A stretch of DNA of 64,000 nucleotides from Octopus vulgaris (Eukaryota): positions 58,032,001 to 58,096,000 of the forward strand of contig OX597821.1 in the NCBI GenBank assembly GCA_951406725.2, written 5' to 3'. Both the position numbers and the translations under genes were made by a program. Below the pieces are notes generated by a model. It was given only the letters and a program-made list of their open reading frames with translations. It did no database searches and had not been told where the DNA came from. Of the stretch, positions 53,021-64,000 are shown in pieces. Within the stretch, counting starts at the first letter, position 1. The number at the start of each line of letters is the position of its first letter.

Positions 53021-53392
53021 AGGGCGGCGAGCAGGCAGAAACATTAGCACGCCGGGCGAAATGCTTAGAATTATTTCGTCTGCGGTTACGTTCTGAGTTT
53101 AAATTCTGCCGAGATCAACTTTGCCTTTCATCCTTTCGGGGTCGATAAATTAAGGACCAGTTATGCACTGGGGTCGATATAATCGACTTAATCCGTTTGT
53201 CTGTCCTTGTTTGTCCTCATTGTGTTTAGCCCCTTGTGGGTAGTAAAGAAATAGGTATTTCGTCTGGCGTTACGTTCTGAGTTCAAATTACGCCGAGGTC
53301 AACTTTGCCTTTTATCCTTTCGTGGTCGATAAATTAAGTACCAGTTACGCACTGGGGTCGATGTAATCAACTTAATCCGTTTGTCTGTCCTG
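53021..53392 (+). mobile_element. Dimeric SINE family B
   Basis: Full head unit; the second unit restarts at ggtatttcgtctggcgttacgttctgagttc (53253). Confidence 0.88.
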
Positions 53393-53408
53393 TGTGCAGT
53401 AATGAAAT

Positions 53409-53468
<60 letters not shown>

Positions 53469-53474
53469 CTTTTG

Positions 53475-53797
53475 GTACTCGGTTGGTTACGACGAGGAAT
53501 GTTCCAGTTAATCCAATCAACAGAACAGCCTGATCGTGAAATTAACGTGCAAGCGGCTGAGCACTCCACAGACACGTGTGCCCTTAACGTAGTTCTCAGG
53601 GAGATTCAGCGTGACGCAGGAAGTGACATGACTGATCCTTTGAAATACAGGTACAACTCACTTTTGCCAGCTGAGTGGACTGGTGCAACGTGAATTAAAG
53701 CGTCTTGCTCGAGGGCACAACGCGTCGCCGGGAATTGAATTCGGGACCTTACGATTGTGAGCCGAATATCCGAACCACTAAGCTACGTGTCTTCACG
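53475..53797 (-). mobile_element. SINE family D
   Basis: Reverse complement of the 5484-5802 family sequence. Confidence 0.85.
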
Positions 53798-54559
53798 GAA
53801 TTAATATAATCAAACGGTAATGATCACAATGGAACAGAGAAACGTTTAACAGTTAGATCATCTTCCGATATGTACGAAACCATAAAGTGAGTTAAAGGTC
53901 AGAGTAATTAGGTAAATTTAACTACTATTATCAGTTTTAAGGTGAGAAGGAAAATAGTAATTGACCAAAATAATTTAACTGATCGATATGTATTTGCAAG
54001 AAGGCGGTAACTGGTTAAAGTCGAGTAATTAACTTTACGTGCGTGTAAGTGGGTCCAGATAGGAGATAAAGGCTTAGGAAATGGGGAAAGCGTGAAAGTA
54101 TAATATTTCTACAGTGTGTATAATTGATTGTGCGTAGATATTTAGTTTAATGTGTTAAAATGCGAAAACGCAGAAACGAAAGCTGCCACTCGCACTCGAA
54201 AATATATGCACAAGTACGCACAGATAAGCATATAGATACATGCGTGTACTTAGATATATGCATGTTTGGATGTATATGCGTGTATACACGTATTTATGTG
54301 TACATGTGTGTGTGTGTGTGTGTACGTGTGTGTGTGTGTGTATGCATGCACATGCAAACACACCTGGTGATATGTGCACGCAAAAGTATACACATTAAGC
54401 ATACACTCATACGTTAGTACCCGTACTATGGTCCAGTGGTTAGATTCCCAGACTGCGACTGATTTAAATTTGGTTCAACTAAATGCATATAAATGCTACA
54501 TCAAAGAACACTAGGACACTTATCCAGTAGAAACACGTGTCGGATAGGAATTTGAAGGG

Positions 54560-54897
54560 CAGTGGATCGCGGTTTCGATTCCCAGACCGGGCGTTGTGAG
54601 TGTTTACTGAGCGAAAACACCTAAAGCTTCATGAGGATTCGGCAGGGGTGGTGGCGAACCCTGCTGTACTCTTTCACCACATCTTTCTCTCACTCTTTCT
54701 TCCTGTTTCTGTTGTACCTGTGTTTTAAAGGGCCAGCTTTATCACACTCTGTGTCACGCTGAATCTCTCCGAGAACTACGTTAACTTGTACACGTGTCTG
54801 TGGAGTGCTCAGCCACTTGCACGTTAATTTCACGAGCAAGCTGTTCCGATGATGGGATCAACTGGAACCCTCGTATTCGTAACCGACGGAATGCCAC
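54560..54897 (+). mobile_element. SINE with family C head/core and family D tail
   Basis: gatcgcggtttcgattcccagaccgggcgttgtgag...gtcacgctgaatctctccgagaactacgttaa...cgacggaatgcc. Confidence 0.85.
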
Positions 54898-55057
54898 GAG
54901 TACCCATATACTGATCCTCCGTGTACGATTGCTTCGTGCAAATAATCGCCTTGTCAGCTGTCAGAGATAACGACATAAATGAAGAAGTACAAATGACGAA
55001 AGGAGTACATGGAAACGAGAAGGGGCCAACGAGGACAACGTATATGTTTTATTTCTC

Positions 55058-55168
<111 letters not shown>

Positions 55169-55292
55169 ATGTATCCGTGTCTGTCCGCGTGTTTACAATG
55201 CATGAATGTATGTACCTACTTAAGTAAATGTGTGTATGTGTGCGTGTGTATGTGTGTGTGTGTGTGTTTGCGTATGCATGTATGTATATAAA

Positions 55293-55336
<44 letters not shown>

Positions 55337-55689
55337 AAGATTAATCAGCCGAAATTGCGAAGATGATCTGGTTCTTGACTGATGACTGAGAGCTTCGAAA
55401 GTCCCGTCTGTGTGTTTTTTTGTCGTCTTCAAAATGTTTCACGTTCTTGTCCCAGTTTGTGTTTTTTTAACGTTTACCTATATATATATATATATTATAA
55501 GTATATATTCTTTACAATTTTTTTTTACTTTTCATCGGTTTCAGCTCAAAGCTGCGGCCATGCTGGGGCAACGCCCTTTTGCTACACTGTTATTATTGAC
55601 AGCCTCCCCTGATATGTGGCATTTGGTGAATAAGCGAGTTTGATGTCACTGCTCTTATTTGGCCTCCTGCCATGAGGTATGCTCATCTG

Positions 55690-56280
55690 GAATTCTCGAC
55701 AGTAGCTGAGCTGTTGCAATGAGACGATTTTCTTTAGGAAGCTTTGCTTGTTTGCTTCAAGGTCTGCTGTTAATGCTGTTAATTTTACACTGTGGGGTGA
55801 CCATAGTTGGGAGCAGCAGTCCAGGCAGCAGAGGACGAATCTCCTCCAGAGGACCATCATGGTTTCTTTCTCTCTGGTTCTGAAGGTTCTTAGGATCCAT
55901 CCAGCCGTCTGCACTTTGTTGCCATCTTGGTAATGTGAACTTGGAAAGAGGTGTCGTCTCAATCCGCATTTGTTACCTTGCCTCTCTCACTCTCCCTTTT
56001 TCTTACCCCTCTGTCCGGCATTCGCCATGATAGATCGCTAGCCACTAAACCTTATATTTTCTTTTCTCTCTCTTTTTATTTGTGTTCCTTTCTGTCGAAG
56101 AGCGTAGGCTCGAAACGTAAAAGACATCTCGATACCCGGATCTCGCACTGATTTAAGTTCTGGGATTGTAATCCACCTGGGGCCTGTGTACCCTGTAAGT
56201 TTTTCGTTCAGTTTTTGGTGCTGGTATCGCAGGGCTTGGAATTTTCCAGCATTAAACTGCATAGTATTGTCCTCAACCCT
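55690..56280 (-). mobile_element. CR1/Jockey-group LINE RT fragment interrupted by a family G insert (55961-56128)
   Basis: MQFNAGKFQALRY...VRDPGIEM | DDTSFQVHI...GWILRTFRTRE....LDCCSQLWSPH. Confidence 0.82.
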
Positions 56281-56294
56281 TATGTGTGTGTGTG

Positions 56295-56380
<86 letters not shown>

Positions 56381-56463
56381 GGCGTGAGTGTGTGTGTAAA
56401 TGTGCGTATGCACACACGAGCATCTCTGTATGTATATGCGTGCGAGTGTATGTTTATATATGT

Positions 56464-56854
56464 GCTAGCAGTATCGCCCGGCATTGCTCGGGTTTGTTTC
56501 GACCATTTAGAATTGGAATTTTTGAAAATTAAAAATTTTGCATTATGTACCTTGTTATTCTCTTTAAGTGAACATTTTTCTGGTTGAAATACACCGAAAA
56601 ATGTCGAGACAGCAGTCAAAAAATCGTAAAAAATAGGGATTTTCATAGAAAAAAAGTACCTTTTTGATGTAAATAATTTTTGGTGTTAACATGGTCCGAT
56701 TTGAATTTTATCTGCTACGGAATAAAGAGCAAGCCTTCTTCTATCATACTCTCCATTTTGGTCAACTTGCGCCGTAGGGCCTCGGAGGAGATAGTGTTAG
56801 TTGAAGGCTACCAAACCTGCCATACACAGACAACTTCAGCTTTATATATATAGA
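56464..56854 (-). mobile_element. Non-autonomous Helitron
   Basis: Plus strand ctagcagtatcgcccggcattgctcggg (3' hairpin + CTAG) ... acaacttcagctttatatatataga (5' TC). Confidence 0.8.
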
Positions 56855-57569
56855 TGTATGTGAGTGCATGTATGTATGTAAATATGTGAGTGCCCATACA
56901 TATCCGTATATGTGAGCTTGTGTGTATATTCGTATGTATATGTATATGTAGATGTATATATATACATACATATATATATATATACACGTAAAGGCATGTG
57001 GATGTATATGTGTATGTATGTGTGTGTGCGCGCGTGTTTATATGTGTATGTGTCCGAGTGTTGAACAAAAACTTGAATGCCAATCCCTTTAAAACGGCAA
57101 CCACCTTAACTTTACCAGAATCACCATCCTACTACATCTACATTCAAAGCAGTATGCCAACGGCCCTTCAGCAACCACACACCCTGATAAGCTCAGTGAC
57201 TACTGCTAAATTCAGGTCATGACAGACAGAGTGGATGTTCTTGAAGCCAAGGATTTACAGAGACAATATTTACATATCGCCTGAGGAAACACAACCAGAT
57301 CTCATAATGCAGGGAAACAGTTGCATAGTCAAGTACCTGCACACTTGGAGGACTACATTGCATGGAAATAATTGTAGGGATTAAAAATTAAAAGTCCAAC
57401 TGCACCCCTTTCTATTCACTCAGGACAGGTGCCCAAACGCAAACCTGTAAGTACGTATAATATTACAACTGCATAGCACAGAGTACATCTGAAGTTGGGC
57501 GAGTTCAATATTGTACTCTACTAAGTTCTTCACAGGATATACCATAACTATATATATATATATATATAT

Positions 57570-57955
57570 ATGCACCTCTCCTACCCATGGATTGCACTGG
57601 GCTCTTCCTATGATGAGAAATCGCTCCAATACACCACGACGTTTGATCCTTTTGAACTTTTCAAACTTTTTTTGTACTTTCTGCTTTTTCCTATTGTCGT
57701 TTCTCTCAATCTGCATTTGTTACCTTGCCTCTCTCACTCTCCCTTTTTCTTACCCCTCTGTCCGGCATTCGCCATGATAGATCGCTAGCCATTAAACCTT
57801 ATATTTTCTTTTCTCTCTCTTTTTATTTCTGTGTTCCTTTCTGTCGAAGAGCATAGGCTCGAAACGTAAAAGACATTTTCACTAATACTTCTGTTTGTTG
57901 TTTACACACCCGTCTTCGTCTTTTGTTTGTTTTTTTTTTGTAAATTCTCACTATA
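57570..57955 (+). mobile_element. Penelope-type terminal repeat (family G) with minimal hammerhead motif
   Basis: cttt-ctgtcga-agagc-atag-gctc-gaaacgta-aaag at 57837-57872; near-identical to 55961-56128. Confidence 0.62.
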
Positions 57956-57976
57956 TATATGTATGTATGTATTTAT

Positions 57977-58072
<96 letters not shown>

Positions 58073-58075
<3 letters not shown>

Positions 58076-59305
58076 GGTGTTTCAAAGATTTTTATATTAT
58101 TTGAGATATAAATATCACAGAAACTACATAGTCAAATCAAATGAAACTAAACAGGCTTAACGTTGAGCAGCATAAGATTTATTTCTCCAAATCTGTATGA
58201 GACACACGTCAAGTCGGTAGTCCAACTTCTCCCAAACACGCTGCAGTATGTCTTGGGTAACAGTCTCCAATGCGGTAGTGATTCTCTGTTCGTGTTCCTT
58301 TAGGTTTGCAGGAAGAGTGGAGACATAGACCATGCCCTTCACATAGCCTCAGAGAAAACAATCGTATGGTTTCAGATCAGGTGAACGTGGCGGCCATTTC
58401 AACAGCACGTTGTCTTCATCATCAGCACGCTCGATCCATCTCCCTCGCAGATTGTCATTGAGATAAGCCCACACAGTGAGCTTCCAGTGAGGTGGAGCCC
58501 CGTCCTGTTGAAAAATGAAGTTTTCATGTTCATTTGCAATGAGCTCATCCATTAGCCAGTTCTGAAGCATTTGCAGATAAACATTGTCACATTTCCCTCA
58601 AAGAAAAATTGGCCATGAAGATGCTTCTTGGAGATTGCTCAGAACACATCCACTTTTGGTGAGTCCCTCTCATGCTCAACTGTGGCATGGTGATTTTCTT
58701 CGCCTCAAATGCAAACATTATGCTTATTGCTATCACTGAAAAAAAGACGTTCTTTGAACTCGGCTTCTTCAAGTTTCTCTTGTATATCAACACAGAATTG
58801 TTTGCGCTTTTGCTTGTCATCTGCTGTTATAGCCTGAGCGAGCCGCAGCTTGTAGGGTTTCATAAGCAAGCGTTTCTGCAGGACGCGCCAAACTGTCGTT
58901 GGAGGTATCTGGGTTTCCAGACTTGCTCTTATGGACTTCTTCGGGCTTCGCAAGAGATTTTGGAGAACCCGTTCGACAGTCTTTTCCAATGTTAGTGGTC
59001 ATCCAGATCCTTTTGCCCTTCACCGACAGTCTTCCTCTTTCAAATTTTTGTGCCATGTCCAAATCTGCATTGCCACTGGTGACTTTTTAGAGAACTCTCA
59101 CACCGATGCACACTTCACAGTCTTGTTCGAATGTGTTCGAGCATACTCCAACACACAAAACGCCTTTTCTCTTTCGGTGAATGCCATTTCTATACCTGGA
59201 AAGATAAACATAAAATGTTCACCTGTTAAAATTTGAAGTCATTTGAACAAGAACTTACAAAGTTATTAGATTGCGAAATGATATCATTTTTTTTTAACCA
59301 TCTTA
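58073..59305 (-). mobile_element. Decayed Tc1/mariner-superfamily transposon (maT/DD37D-like)
   Basis: MAFTEREKAFCVLEYART..; RSPKKSIR..IPPTTVWRVL.KRL.MKPYKL; FIFQQDGAPPHW..V..YL...RWI...WPPRSPDL. The left end reads ta-cagggtgtttc; the other TIR is degraded. Confidence 0.85.
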
Positions 59306-59326
59306 TGTGTTTGTATGTGTGTGTGT

Positions 59327-59391
<65 letters not shown>

Positions 59392-59394
59392 AAG

Positions 59395-59602
59395 TTAATC
59401 AAAACATGAAAACACAAAGAGAAAACACAACAACGTGAGAACGTGGAACAGGTATAGTGTTATTGGACGCTCAGGAAAGGAAAGAAAGAATGAGGATTTA
59501 ATGTTTCGAGCGGAGCTCTTCGTCAGAAACGTATAAAAAGGAAAGTTCCAAAGAAGGGAAGATGGGGGGAAAAAATCGCCAACGATACACACGCGGTCAC
59601 AT

Positions 59603-59605
<3 letters not shown>
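59395..59605 (-). mobile_element. Family H Penelope-type terminal repeat with hammerhead motif
   Basis: Minus gttt-ctgacga-agagc-tcc-gctc-gaaacatt-aaat (59496-59530). Confidence 0.62.
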
Positions 59606-59636
<31 letters not shown>

Positions 59637-59639
<3 letters not shown>

Positions 59640-59950
59640 GGAACCCCCTTCGATCATGAATGACCATGGGATTGCACCTACAAAGTTACCCTCCAAAAGC
59701 ACAAGTCCGGGCAAGATTGTTTATGGAAGACCAGCAGTCGCCCATGCATACCAGCTTTCCCTCTCCACGCCACCGATGTTATCCAAGGGAAAGGCAAAGG
59801 CCGATACAGCTTGGCACTTGTGACGTCGCAACTCATTTCTACAGCTGAGTGAACTGAAGCAACGTGAAATAAAGTGTCTTGCTCAAGAGCGCAATACGCA
59901 GCCCGGTCCGGGAATCGAACTCACAAACCCACTCAGCCATGCACCTTCAC
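59637..59950 (-). mobile_element. tRNA SINE with D-type core and an RTE-like tail
   Basis: Core aacgtgaaataaagtgtcttgctcaag; tail gaagaccagcagtcgcccatgcatacc..., ending gaaggggttccc on the minus strand. Confidence 0.7.
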
Positions 59951-59957
59951 ACACACA

Positions 59958-60002
<45 letters not shown>

Positions 60003-60770
60003 GTATATATGAACGAGAGAGAGAGAGAGAGAGAGAGTAGTAAATGAGAAACGCCGGATTATATAAAATTATGCAATAACGTGTTTTGATAACATTGTAA
60101 CTTCTTCAGATAATATTTAGTAGAGACTTATAAAGCGATATGCGCCGATGGGATTATAGTAGCCTAATAAACCTCTAATGGAGACTACCTGATGATGTGA
60201 TAATATTACGTTAGCAAATTATTGCATAATTTTATGTAATCTACCATGTTATTGCATGCGAAATTATGTGACGCAATGTGTTAATAATAAATTAGCTATT
60301 GAAATATGATTCACACACTGCAGACATAAGTGCATCTGATGACCAGATTATTCGTTCGTTTCACGTTTATTGCCAGAATTAGGCTTAAGGTACCAATAAT
60401 ACCGAATATCTTTGGATTTGGTGAATAGCAGGTACCAGAGAAATGTAGTTTCATTTGGCGTTAACTACTAAGCTGAAAGGTCTTTCGAGTCATACCTGAG
60501 TGTTTCGAGTCATCCCGACCAGCGAAAGCATGTGGGGAGCTTCGCAGTCGATTTGACTTATTTTTAACAGATTAATTGATCCTCGTATACATACATGCAT
60601 ACATACATGTGTGTGTATGTATATATATGTGTGTGTGTGTGTGTGCGTATGTCTATGTGTGCATCTGTGTATATATATATATATATGTATATATATATGC
60701 ATATACATACATATATATATATATATGTGTATATATGTTGTGTGTGTATGTGTGTGTATATATGCATGTA

Positions 60771-61127
60771 GGAGTGACCCTAACATGAATTCTGAGATTG
60801 AATCGGCAGTTTATATTTACTGCTGATAAGTTTGGCGCGAATACGTAGTCTTGAAAATTTTAAGACAGATATTCCGTAGGCATATACAGACGCCTCGTGT
60901 ATATTTGTCTCTCCAGGTTTTACTGATGAAGTGTAACCTATGGTAGATTAGCTTAATTTAATTTAATTAAGCTAATTTAATCATTAATGAACAGAAACGT
61001 TGCAACGTCTAAAGATGAATTAGGGTAAATGTTTTTAAATTTTCACTAATTTCTGAATTACTACTACTTGGCGGTGTGAGTTATGGCTGCTCTTTCTGGT
61101 GGACGAATGACCTGTTAGGGTCACTCC
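60771..61127. mobile_element. MITE with 15-bp TIRs and TA flanks
   Basis: ta-ggagtgaccctaaca ... tgttagggtcactcc-ta; central palindrome attagcttaatt..aattaagctaat. Confidence 0.85.
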
Positions 61128-61223
61128 TAAATTGTTATATTTATATATTTAGTCGCTGACTATTTTCTCTTTCCCAGGCTGGTAGCGATAAATTTCTATT
61201 GAATTTTTTGCTATATGACTAAT

Positions 61224-61270
<47 letters not shown>

Positions 61271-61278
61271 CTTTCAAA

Positions 61279-61485
61279 ACGTGACCTCGTGTGTACCGTT
61301 GGCGATTTTTTTCCTCTGTCTTCCCTTCTCTGGATCTTTCCTTCTCCTATGTTTCCGACGAAGGGCTCCGCTCGAAAGGTTAAACCTCCTTCTTTCCTTC
61401 TTTCCTGAGCGTCCAATAATACTATATTTGTTCCACGTCCTCGCGTTGTTGTGGGGTTTTTTTTGTGCTTTCTTGTTTGGATTAC
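61279..61485 (+). mobile_element. Family H Penelope-type terminal repeat
   Basis: gttt-ccgacga-agggc-tcc-gctc-gaaaggtt-aaac at 61351-61385. Confidence 0.6.
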
Positions 61486-61492
61486 TCTCTCA

Positions 61493-61556
<64 letters not shown>

Positions 61557-61567
61557 TTTATATTTTA

Positions 61568-61930
61568 GTTGTTTCAGTCATTAGACTGCAGCCATGCTCG
61601 GACAATGCCCTGAAGAAGTTTTAGACGAATGAATCAATCCCAGTACCTTTTATAGACCTTTTTCCCGAGCCGCCAAGTCACAGGCCGTAAACATACTAAC
61701 ACCGATTGTCAAGCGGTGGTAGGAAATAAACAAAGACATAAAGACACACACACACATACACACATATAGATAGAAAGATAGATATATGACGAGCTTCGTT
61801 CAGTTTCCGTCTTCCAAATCCACTCCCATGGCTTTGGCCGGCCCGAGGCTACAGCAGAAGACACACACGTTGCCACGCAGTGGGACTGAATCAGGAACCA
61901 TGTGGTTGGGATGCAAGCTTCTTACTACAC
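61568..61930 (-). mobile_element. SINE family A (diverged)
   Basis: gtttcagtcattagactgcagccatg ... gccacgcagtgggactgaa..accatgtggttgg. Confidence 0.8.
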
Positions 61931-62339
61931 ATACAGACGTACATGTATATATATTTATATATACGTGTGGCATGTGTGTGTGTAGACGTGAGTACGTATT
62001 TCTAGCATTAAACAATTAGTGCATTTGTATGTGGAGGTCTTCAAACGACGACCGTAAACTGTAATTCTATGAATAAAAGGAGAAACGTGAAATTCACTGA
62101 GTTTGTTTATAAGTACTTAATAGATAAAAGAACCTAAGAGTAAATATGTGAGCGAAAATATACACAACGGTCAATGAAAGACAAAAATTAATGACAAAAA
62201 TAACACGGATAAACGCTCCGCCGACCAAACACTAATTATATTTTGCTTCAGATATATTTATTTGTTATCGACTGGTTAGTTAACAGATGTGTATGTGTGT
62301 AGCTGTGCGGGCGTGTGTGTATGTGTATGTGTGTGTGTG

Positions 62340-62412
<73 letters not shown>

Positions 62413-62430
62413 GTGTGTATATAGATACAA

Positions 62431-62469
<39 letters not shown>

Positions 62470-62473
<4 letters not shown>

Positions 62474-62604
62474 GCCAGATATGGGCGGCGAGAGTAGTCT
62501 GGTTAGATTTGTCAGGTCGCCGGAACGAAGGTGTGTGGGCGTACCAGCGAGTCTTAAAACTATTTGAGGTCATTCCGATGTACGATTTTCTTTTATCATC
62601 GGTG

Positions 62605-62606
<2 letters not shown>
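62470..62606 (-). mobile_element. Penelope-like GIY-YIG endonuclease fragment (different family)
   Basis: [21 protein letters not shown].....[10 protein letters not shown], embedded in (TA)n. Confidence 0.78.
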
Positions 62607-62658
<52 letters not shown>

Positions 62659-62894
62659 ATATATACGTATCATATATATATACATATACATATATGTACG
62701 CATGTATATATGTACGTATGCACGTATTTGAATGCATATGTATGACTATGTACATGTATGTATGCGTATAGATGTGTGTATGAGTGTATGTGTGCGTGTG
62801 CGCGTGTACATATATGTACATACATTTTTATGAAGAGAGACAATCAGACTGGCCTACACACAAATATATAAGAGTGTGTTAGTGCGCATGTATG

Positions 62895-62948
<54 letters not shown>

Positions 62949-63123
62949 AAAATCATCAACTTACGGATATTACAATTTCACATTATTTATTAATTATACA
63001 AATGGGAACATCAAAATCGAACTAAACATTATACATCAATATGTAATATAATAACCAGCAGTATACTGGATAACTGATATCCCATAGTGGGTTACTTTCA
63101 TAACCCCTATCTTACTTTGTACT

Positions 63124-63181
<58 letters not shown>

Positions 63182-63767
63182 GTGCCTTCTGCTCATAAAG
63201 TAAGTACCAATTGAGCACTGAGGTTGATAAAGTTGAACACTGGAGCCGATCTAATTGACTTGGCTCCGCCCTTGAAATTGAGACCATTATCACTTCAGAA
63301 TTTGGTAGGAAACTGACTGAATTTTTTGGGCATCAGAAAAATTATTTTGCTATGTTTCTTCTTATTCTTTCAAATCCCACCAAGGGCAAGTTTGTCTCTC
63401 ATCCCTTTGCTGTCCTAGGTATCAACTAACCCCACTGTCCCCTACAAGTCACTTACTTTGTACCCGAATTAGTTACTCGATGTGGAAATTTGAAAATTTA
63501 GTTCACGATAGAGAAGATTGGAGTACGACAATTATCAATGGTTTTATTACGTTCTCTGTTGCTCAATAAATCCAAGTAGCTCTGACCAGCTAGTCTATGA
63601 AACATAGCTAATGTATTATGGAGGTCTACATATCATATCTATCATCATCATCATCATTTAATGTCTGTTTTCCGGGTTGGCGTGGACTGAATGGGTTGGC
63701 AGGAGCTGGCAAGCAATCAGACTGCAGCAGGCTCCACTGGCATGGTATTTGCAGCTGGATAGGAATG

Positions 63768-63911
63768 ATGTCCTATCTGAATCATAACGTGGCTTCCGAT
63801 CTGGTAGGACTATGGATATGATTTTCACAGCAAGACAGATGTAGAAGTGCAATGAGCAGAATATGGATCTTTTCCAGGTATTCATTGATTAAACGAAGGC
63901 CTTTGATCTTG

Positions 63912-63912
<1 letters not shown>
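63768..63912 (+). mobile_element. RTE-clade LINE RT fragment
   Basis: VLSES*RGFRSGRTMDMIFTARQM*KCNEQNMDLFQVFID*TKAFDLV. Confidence 0.82.
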
Positions 63913-63948
<36 letters not shown>

Positions 63949-64000
63949 GTGCGCGTGTGTGTGTGTGCGCGCGCGCGAGTGTGTACAAGCAGTAACGCCT

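Noticed and set aside
55375-55410. ctgatga...cgaaag hammerhead-like words
   Set aside because: No convincing stem II pairing.

Overview
AT-rich eukaryotic (animal) non-coding DNA, almost certainly from an octopus (Octopus sp.). That is inferred from recalled octopus tRNA-SINE sequences and the extreme microsatellite load, not from a database search. I found no intact host protein-coding gene; nearly all long ORFs are microsatellite artefacts or decayed transposon genes. The window is a transposon graveyard: many tRNA-derived SINEs with shuffled heads and tails; R4/Dong-like LINE fragments (restriction-like endonuclease, RLE) stacked in (TAA)n tracts; a decayed Penelope-like element (RT + GIY-YIG); mariner/Tc1 relics; piggyBac-, hAT- and TA-type MITEs; non-autonomous Helitrons; CR1/Jockey-group and RTE fragments; and a gag-knuckle ORF1 family. 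Most notable: (1) the Penelope 3' terminus consists of a tRNA-like Pol III promoter, an (AAT)n tract and a minimal hammerhead ribozyme motif, and the same module occurs alone as a SINE-like element; (2) six more minimal hammerhead motifs from two other repeat families; (3) an apparently ORF1-only ~2.1 kb retroelement; (4) a serial Dong-like insertion nest. Coordinates were read by eye, and ends of degenerate repeats are approximate.
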